Shown piece after piece: positions 58,395 to 64,000 of a stretch of DNA of 64,000 nt (within the stretch, counting starts at the first letter, position 1; each line of letters begins with the position of its first letter). This DNA comes from an uncultured virus (IMG/VR IMGVR_UViG_2902975652_000003) (Duplodnaviria; Heunggongvirae; Uroviricota; Caudoviricetes), in the IMG/VR virus record IMGVR_UViG_2902975652_000003, one strand, 5' to 3'. The notes beneath the pieces are model-generated. The model ran no database searches and was not told the origin of the DNA. It worked only from the letters and a program-made list of their open reading frames with translations. Both the position numbers and the translations under genes were made by a program.

Positions 58395-58974
58395 CTTTAT
58401 GAAAAAACTGGCCGGGCTGCGTCTGCCTTTCTGGATGAGTGAAGGTGAGCCCGCCACGCTGCTGCGTGCCGCGCGGCGATTCTGGACGCTGGTTTATGGG
58501 TGGGTGACATGGCCTGTGAGCCAGTTTGATCCGCTGACCTGCGCCGAACCGCTGTTAAACCTGCTGGCTTATGACCGCGACGTGACGCGCTTTGATGGCG
58601 AGCCGCTGGCGCTGTTTCGCAGGCGCGTGGCGTATGCCTTCGTGAATGCCCGTGATGCCGGTTCGGTTGAGGGATTTATTAATATTTTTGAGCGACTCGG
58701 CATCGGTTATGTGGAGCTACAGGAGCGCCAGCCGGGCATTGACTGGGATGTGATTCTGGTACGTGTCACGGATAGCCAGATTGCGGATAACACGCAGCTG
58801 ATGATCCAGATTATCCGCCAGTACGGGCGTACCTGCCGCCGTTATCAGTTTGAAGTCATTACATCGGAAAGTCTGGCCATCCGGGCCGGATGGGATCAGG
58901 GCGAATACGTGGTTTATCCGGCGCAGCTGAATGGCACCGGGGCCGCAGGCGCAACATTCGGCGCGACGTTATAG
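58387..58974 (+). CDS. Baseplate/tail I-like protein
   Basis: LPFWM, DPLTC, YGRTCRRY. Confidence 0.85.
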   Translation: MPDFMKKLAGLRLPFWMSEGEPATLLRAARRFWTLVYGWVTWPVSQFDPLTCAEPLLNLLAYDRDVTRFDGEPLALFRRRVAYAFVNARDAGSVEGFINIFERLGIGYVELQERQPGIDWDVILVRVTDSQIADNTQLMIQIIRQYGRTCRRYQFEVITSESLAIRAGWDQGEYVVYPAQLNGTGAAGATFGATL

Positions 58975-58982
58975 GGAGTTTT

Positions 58983-60956
58983 ATGTCACAGACAGTAATC
59001 ACACTGGCCTTTGAACAGTGGAAAGCGCAGCAGGGCGTGACGGGTGAAGCCATCCTGCTGGATGAATTTGTGTTTGCAAACGTGCCGGGGCTTAACCCTG
59101 ATGCGCCGATCAGCCGCAGTGAAACGCTGCCACCGGCGGCGCAGATTGTTCACCGCCAGGCGGTCAGCCGCAAGGGGGTGGTGAATGAAAATGCCGTGGT
59201 GCATTCCGTGGTACTGGGCGCGGATGTGGGCGATTTCTCGTTTAACTGGATTGGCCTGATGAACAAGGCCAGCGGCACGCTGGCAATGATTGTTCATGCG
59301 CCGGTGCAGCAGAAGCTGAAAACGAAAGCGGGCCAGCAGGGCAACGTGCTCACGCGCTCTTTTCTGATGGAGTACAACGGCGCGCAGGCCGAAACGGGCA
59401 TTAACACCCCGGCGGAAACCTGGCAGATTGATTTTACCGCGCGCCTGGCCGGGATGGACGAACGCCAGCGCCTGGAAAACATCGACGTGTTCGGCGCGGC
59501 GGCGTTTCTGGGGGATGGATGGCTGGTAGGCAAAACCGGCACGCAGTATTTCGTGACGCCTGGCACCGGTTATGTGCAGGGGCTGCGCGCGCAGCTGGCT
59601 GCAAGTCAGAATATTACTGTGACCACAAAGCCGGTCAAAGTCTGGCTGGATGTGAGCTGGGAAGGTTCGCTGGTCAGTAGCTGGCAGGTAAAAAGCAAAG
59701 TGACCGTGGCGGCAAATCTTGCCGATTACGTGCAGAACGGCGTGCAGCATTACGTGTTTGCGCTGGCCAGTATTGATGCAAATGGTGTGATCACTGACCT
59801 GCGCCCGCAGGGTTCGCAGGCGGGACGTGATGCCAGCGATGCCATGAAAAAACATGAGCAGTCGCGCAACCATCCTGATGCGACGTTAAATGCAAAGGGT
59901 TTTACGCAACTGAGCAGCGCCGTGGACAGCACGGCAGAAAATATGGCCGCCACGCCGAAGGCGGTCAGGACTGCAATGGAAAATGCGAGCGCCAGATTAG
60001 CAAAAGACAGAAATGGCGCTGATATTCCTGACAAGTCACTTTTTATTCAGAATATTGGCCTTCAACAAACGGTAAACCTTGCCGCAGGTGCAGTGCCCTC
60101 CGTGAGAAGCATTAACGGATATCCGCTTTCCGCCAACATTAGTCTTAAAGCGAAAGATGTCGGAGCCATTCCGATTAGCGGCAGTACAGAAATAAGTGGT
60201 ACGTTGCGCACAAGTGGTGAAGTGCAGTCAACAAATGCAGACAGTTTCAGAATCGCTTATGGCGGAATTGGGGCATTCTGGCGAAATGACGGCACAAACC
60301 TTTATTTGATGCTGACAAATAAAGGTGATGCGTTCGGTAAATATAATGATTTTCGACCACTCCGCGTGGGTTTAGACAATGGCGGGGTGGGCATAGGAAC
60401 GCCGCTTTATGTGGATAATACGTTAACTGTTAGTAAAAATGTCACGGCCAGTTATTCCGGCTCATATGCATTTTCATCCCAATTCGCTACAGGTGCTGCA
60501 TTCTATGAATCGTTTAGTACCGGTGAAAGCAGTGAGTTTCATCCGGTTCTGAAACAAAAAGCCGTTATTAACAATCAGATTACCCGTGCATTTTCTTTTG
60601 GAACGCTTTGTCAGGAGGGTAAAACAACATGGTGTCTGCACATCGTTGATAGTGGTGGTAATGGCTATACACACCAATGGGATGTGAGTGGGAATTATTT
60701 GTGTCCAGGGCAATTAGTTCCGGGTAATTATGGGAACTTTGATGCGCGTTATTCATTAAAAACGGCTGCGGTGATCGATGTTCGGCAGGGGAGTCCAGGC
60801 ACTATTGTCCTGAAGCGAAATGGCTGGAACTACGTTCCGGGCGGGTGTGCGTTTACCGGCTGGTATGTCGAAGGTGATGCACCTGTAGATGACACCATTC
60901 AATACAAGCCGATTCAAATCAATATCAACGGCGCATGGCGAACTATTTCGGGGTAA
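58983..60956 (+). CDS. Tail fibre protein
   Basis: [10 protein letters not shown] collar domain, [15 protein letters not shown] repeat, [13 protein letters not shown]-terminus. Confidence 0.9.
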   Translation: MSQTVITLAFEQWKAQQGVTGEAILLDEFVFANVPGLNPDAPISRSETLPPAAQIVHRQAVSRKGVVNENAVVHSVVLGADVGDFSFNWIGLMNKASGTLAMIVHAPVQQKLKTKAGQQGNVLTRSFLMEYNGAQAETGINTPAETWQIDFTARLAGMDERQRLENIDVFGAAAFLGDGWLVGKTGTQYFVTPGTGYVQGLRAQLAASQNITVTTKPVKVWLDVSWEGSLVSSWQVKSKVTVAANLADYVQNGVQHYVFALASIDANGVITDLRPQGSQAGRDASDAMKKHEQSRNHPDATLNAKGFTQLSSAVDSTAENMAATPKAVRTAMENASARLAKDRNGADIPDKSLFIQNIGLQQTVNLAAGAVPSVRSINGYPLSANISLKAKDVGAIPISGSTEISGTLRTSGEVQSTNADSFRIAYGGIGAFWRNDGTNLYLMLTNKGDAFGKYNDFRPLRVGLDNGGVGIGTPLYVDNTLTVSKNVTASYSGSYAFSSQFATGAAFYESFSTGESSEFHPVLKQKAVINNQITRAFSFGTLCQEGKTTWCLHIVDSGGNGYTHQWDVSGNYLCPGQLVPGNYGNFDARYSLKTAAVIDVRQGSPGTIVLKRNGWNYVPGGCAFTGWYVEGDAPVDDTIQYKPIQININGAWRTISG

Positions 60957-61474
60957 TGATGCAATTAAAAAAACTTTCATTTTATGAGCCTGAGATTAAA
61001 GAGGCTGAAAACATCCTTTATCTGAAGGATGAAGATGGTAACGACTGGTATGCGAGTCAGGAGAAATTCAGCGCGGACAGACTAAAGATTGCGTTTACGG
61101 ATGACGGCATTATCCGCACGGCAGATTATGACGTTTCCGCGTTGTGGCCAGTGAATATGGCTGTGGCTGAGGTGTCAAAAGAATCTGTGCCGGACGGTTT
61201 CAACATCGACGGGAACTGGATGTTTGATGGAAGTAAAATTATCCCTGCGCCAGTGGATCATGTTGGACTGGCTGAAGCCAAAAAACAGAGTTTGTTGCAG
61301 GAAGCGACGCAAGCCATTGCCCCGCTGCAGGATGCAGTTGAACTGGAAATGGCCTCAGAGGGTGAGGTGGCGCAACTGGCCGCATGGAAAAAATATCGTG
61401 TCCTGTTGAACCGGGTTGATACCACTACCGCGCCGGATATCGCATGGCCGGAGATGCCTGGCGATGTGGCGTGA
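60956..61474 (+). CDS. Tail fibre assembly protein
   Basis: [32 protein letters not shown]. Confidence 0.9.
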   Translation: MMQLKKLSFYEPEIKEAENILYLKDEDGNDWYASQEKFSADRLKIAFTDDGIIRTADYDVSALWPVNMAVAEVSKESVPDGFNIDGNWMFDGSKIIPAPVDHVGLAEAKKQSLLQEATQAIAPLQDAVELEMASEGEVAQLAAWKKYRVLLNRVDTTTAPDIAWPEMPGDVA

Positions 61475-62189
61475 AGCAAAGCTGGCGTTTTCTGATGCGT
61501 TTTCTGCGCTGGACTGCGCCATCGTTCCTGCGCATCCGTGGATTTACGGGATTGGCCAGCAGACGGAAAACGGCGCTTATCTGAGCCCGGCCAACGCCGT
61601 GGCGTATCTGGCCGGAAGGCTGGCGAGCGTGGCGGATATGCGGGATGTGGTGATTTTTCTCGTTACCGGCCAGACGCAGGATGATTTTATAAAGCGTCTT
61701 GATGAGCTGACGGCGGTTTTCCCGGCTCCCGCGTTTACGCAGGTGAGCCGTCTGGCACGTTCTGCGGCGGAGCTTGCCACGGTACGGATGCAGTTGCCTG
61801 CCCGCAGCAGTGGCGGCTTGCCCGCTGCGCTGCCGCTTTCTGTGCCAACAAGCCGGGCGGTAATGAATGCCAGAGCGGTGGCCAGCGCCCAGGCGCAGGC
61901 GAGTGCCGGTATTGATATGGCCGGAATGAAAGCTGCGCTTGCCGGGTTCGCCGCCGAGCGCGCCGGGCTGCTTTCACAGCTGGCTGACGGGCTGAACCAG
62001 TTAACCGGCAAAAGCGCCCGCGCCTGGGTTTTCACGGCGAAGGGCGACGCGGCGACACTGACGCGGGCGCTGATGCAGGGCATCCCGCAGCCGTCTGCCG
62101 TACACAGCGCGGCCATCATGCTGGCCGGTGAGAATCTCGAAGGAATTAAGGGAATGATCCATGACCTCGACAATCATGCTGGCGCTTAA
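61464..62189 (+). CDS. Conserved phage tail-region protein
   Basis: [16 protein letters not shown]1/K139-type synteny. Confidence 0.7.
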   Translation: MWREAKLAFSDAFSALDCAIVPAHPWIYGIGQQTENGAYLSPANAVAYLAGRLASVADMRDVVIFLVTGQTQDDFIKRLDELTAVFPAPAFTQVSRLARSAAELATVRMQLPARSSGGLPAALPLSVPTSRAVMNARAVASAQAQASAGIDMAGMKAALAGFAAERAGLLSQLADGLNQLTGKSARAWVFTAKGDAATLTRALMQGIPQPSAVHSAAIMLAGENLEGIKGMIHDLDNHAGA

Positions 62190-62709
62190 TGGCGAAGCGA
62201 TACCGCTTAAAAATATGCGCGTAACGATAAGCCAGCAATTCCAGGACAAAGACCAGAGCGGCCAGACCAGCGCCACCACAAAAGCCGAGCAGGGGGCCAA
62301 AGGCAAAGAGCTGCGCGTGGTGGGTGAAGTGCCGTTTAAGCAAATCAGCACGCTGTCACGCATTTTTGCCCTGGCGAACGCCACGGATGCAGGCGGCAAA
62401 CGGCAGGTTTACCGCGTGGCCAACGAGGTGGCGCGCGCCGTTAACCTGCGTGAAGCCACGTTTACCGGCACGGTGGACGCGCCGCCGCAGGATGGCCGCA
62501 TGAGCTGGCTGGTCACGTTCACACTGACAGAACATCTGAGCGTGCAGGAAAAACGCGAAGCGCGGGCGACGTCCAGAACGGCCAGCAAAACACAGAAAGC
62601 CGGGGCCGGTGGCGGCGCAGCCAGCCAGACCAGTGCCGGTGAGGACGCAGAAACGCTGTCATGGTTTGAACGCAAGATACTTAAACCTGTTAATGATGCG
62701 CTGGGGTAA
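62161..62709 (+). CDS. Putative baseplate protein
   Basis: DQSGQTS..G.KGKEL; synteny. Confidence 0.7.
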   Translation: MTSTIMLALNGEAIPLKNMRVTISQQFQDKDQSGQTSATTKAEQGAKGKELRVVGEVPFKQISTLSRIFALANATDAGGKRQVYRVANEVARAVNLREATFTGTVDAPPQDGRMSWLVTFTLTEHLSVQEKREARATSRTASKTQKAGAGGGAASQTSAGEDAETLSWFERKILKPVNDALG

Positions 62710-62711
62710 GC

Positions 62712-64000
62712 ATGAAGCCGGTTAAACGTCTGTACCTGTCCACGGATGAGGTGCATCTTGTTGATGTGAATATGACGCTTGAGCTGAACAGCTGCGGGCG
62801 GGGGTTTATCACAGCGGAAACTGACACGGACTACACCGGAAAACTGGTGCGGCTTGACGTGGGTTACAGCGATTTATTGCTGCGCTGGTTTACCGGCTAT
62901 GTGGAGCGCTCACAGCCCGCCGAAAAAGGCTTCCAGCGACTTTTTGTGCGTGAACTGGTCGGCGTGTTCGAACGCAGCTGGCCCTGTTCGTTCCAGCATC
63001 CCACGCTGAAAGAAATCGCCGGCTGGCTGACAGAGCACAGCGGCATCACGGTCACGGTGCCGGATGCGGCCTACAGCGACAGGCCGATCCCGCACTTCAC
63101 CCATTCCGGCAGCGGGTTCCAGCTGCTGGATAATCTGGGCCGCGCGTTTGGTGTGAATGATTACGTCTGGTATCAGCTGCCGGATGGTTCTCTTTATCTG
63201 GGCGGCGCGGAAAAGGCGCTGTTTGCCGGGCGGCCCGTTGATATTCCGGCAGACTTTAACCAGGGCGCTGCCGGTGGCAACAGCATGACCATCCCTCTGG
63301 TGCAGACCCTGCGCCCCGGTGTGGAGGTGAACGGACAGCGGGTGACGAAAATAAACCTGTCCGGTGACAACATGACCATCACGTGGACGCCACGCGACAA
63401 GGCAACCGGCAGGCCGTTACAGAAAACCCCGATTCAGCGCCAGATAGAGGCGCATTATCCAGAGCTGGCCTCCGGGCTGCATCTGCCGAAATTTGCGCGG
63501 GTGGTGGCGCACAGCGAGCCGGTGAGCAGCGGGAATTTTTCTGATCCGTTCCGCCCGCGTTACGCCGTTGACGTGCAGCTGCTTGATGCAGACGGTAAGC
63601 CGGACGGTAACACGCCGGTTTATTCCGCCGTGCCGCTGCCGGTGCCGATGGCCGGTAATGATTCGGGAATGTTCCAGTTTCCGCCGGAAGGCACGCTGGT
63701 TGAAGTGGGCTTTACCGGCGGGCGTGCGGATAAGCCGTTTGTACGCCAGACCGTACCGGATGGCACAAGCCTGCCGGACGTGAAGCCCGGAGAGCAGCTG
63801 CAACAGCAGCGGGAAGAAGTGTCACAACGCGTCACGCAGGCCGGTGACTGGGTGCGCAAGACTGACCAGACCATCAGCGAAACATCCATGAGCCGCGAAG
63901 TGACCGCAGACCGGGAGCGCCGCGAGCTGGTCAGCCGTGAAACCACGGTAAAAGCCACGGATAAAACCACGGTACTGGGAACGGTCAGCCTGCTGGCCGG
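62712..64000 (+). CDS. Putative baseplate hub/spike protein, partial (runs off window)
   Basis: ATG 62712 MKPVKRLYLS.., read as open to window end; DPFRPRYAVDVQLLD motif. Confidence 0.7.
   Translation, partial: MKPVKRLYLSTDEVHLVDVNMTLELNSCGRGFITAETDTDYTGKLVRLDVGYSDLLLRWFTGYVERSQPAEKGFQRLFVRELVGVFERSWPCSFQHPTLKEIAGWLTEHSGITVTVPDAAYSDRPIPHFTHSGSGFQLLDNLGRAFGVNDYVWYQLPDGSLYLGGAEKALFAGRPVDIPADFNQGAAGGNSMTIPLVQTLRPGVEVNGQRVTKINLSGDNMTITWTPRDKATGRPLQKTPIQRQIEAHYPELASGLHLPKFARVVAHSEPVSSGNFSDPFRPRYAVDVQLLDADGKPDGNTPVYSAVPLPVPMAGNDSGMFQFPPEGTLVEVGFTGGRADKPFVRQTVPDGTSLPDVKPGEQLQQQREEVSQRVTQAGDWVRKTDQTISETSMSREVTADRERRELVSRETTVKATDKTTVLGTVSLLA

Larger units (their letters stand above)
36602..64000. mobile_element. 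Prophage 2: P2-family prophage with HP1/K139-type tail module, truncated by window end
   Basis: att, int, cI, cox, cII, dam, rep, ogr-portal-terminase, DUF2586/DUF2597-type sheath and tube, M15 endolysin. Confidence 0.93.

Noticed and set aside
57345..58457. 370-aa minus-strand ORF and similar long antisense ORFs (e.g. 35064-36119, 25891-26778, 58986-59873)
   Set aside because: Fully overlap well-supported structural genes on the other strand; codon-bias artefacts

Overview
Enterobacterial accessory region at the tmRNA (ssrA) integration hotspot. A complete type I restriction subunit gene (hsdR, 1-3132) is followed by two different P2-family prophages in tandem. They are delimited by 38-bp direct repeats of the ssrA 3' end on the minus strand (3319-3356 and 36602-36639). 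Prophage 1 (about 33 kb, complete) is Fels-2/SopEphi/186-like. It carries three AT-rich cargo loci: a doubly frameshifted ~518-aa PD-(D/E)xK-type gene behind int, a three-gene TIGR04255 + HTH + unknown operon between cos and portal (best candidate for an uncharacterised anti-phage or toxin-antitoxin-chaperone system), and a DUF5677/HEPN-like moron between S and V. Prophage 2 (36602 to beyond the window end) has HP1/K139-type morphogenesis genes and no large cargo in view. Also visible: LexA boxes before both antirepressor genes, Ogr sites, candidate CI operators, distinct integrase arm sites, two programmed -1 frameshifts, a damaged distal ssrA fragment, and RNA-like hairpins conserved in position between the two phages. 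All family assignments come from motif recognition and synteny; no database searches were run.
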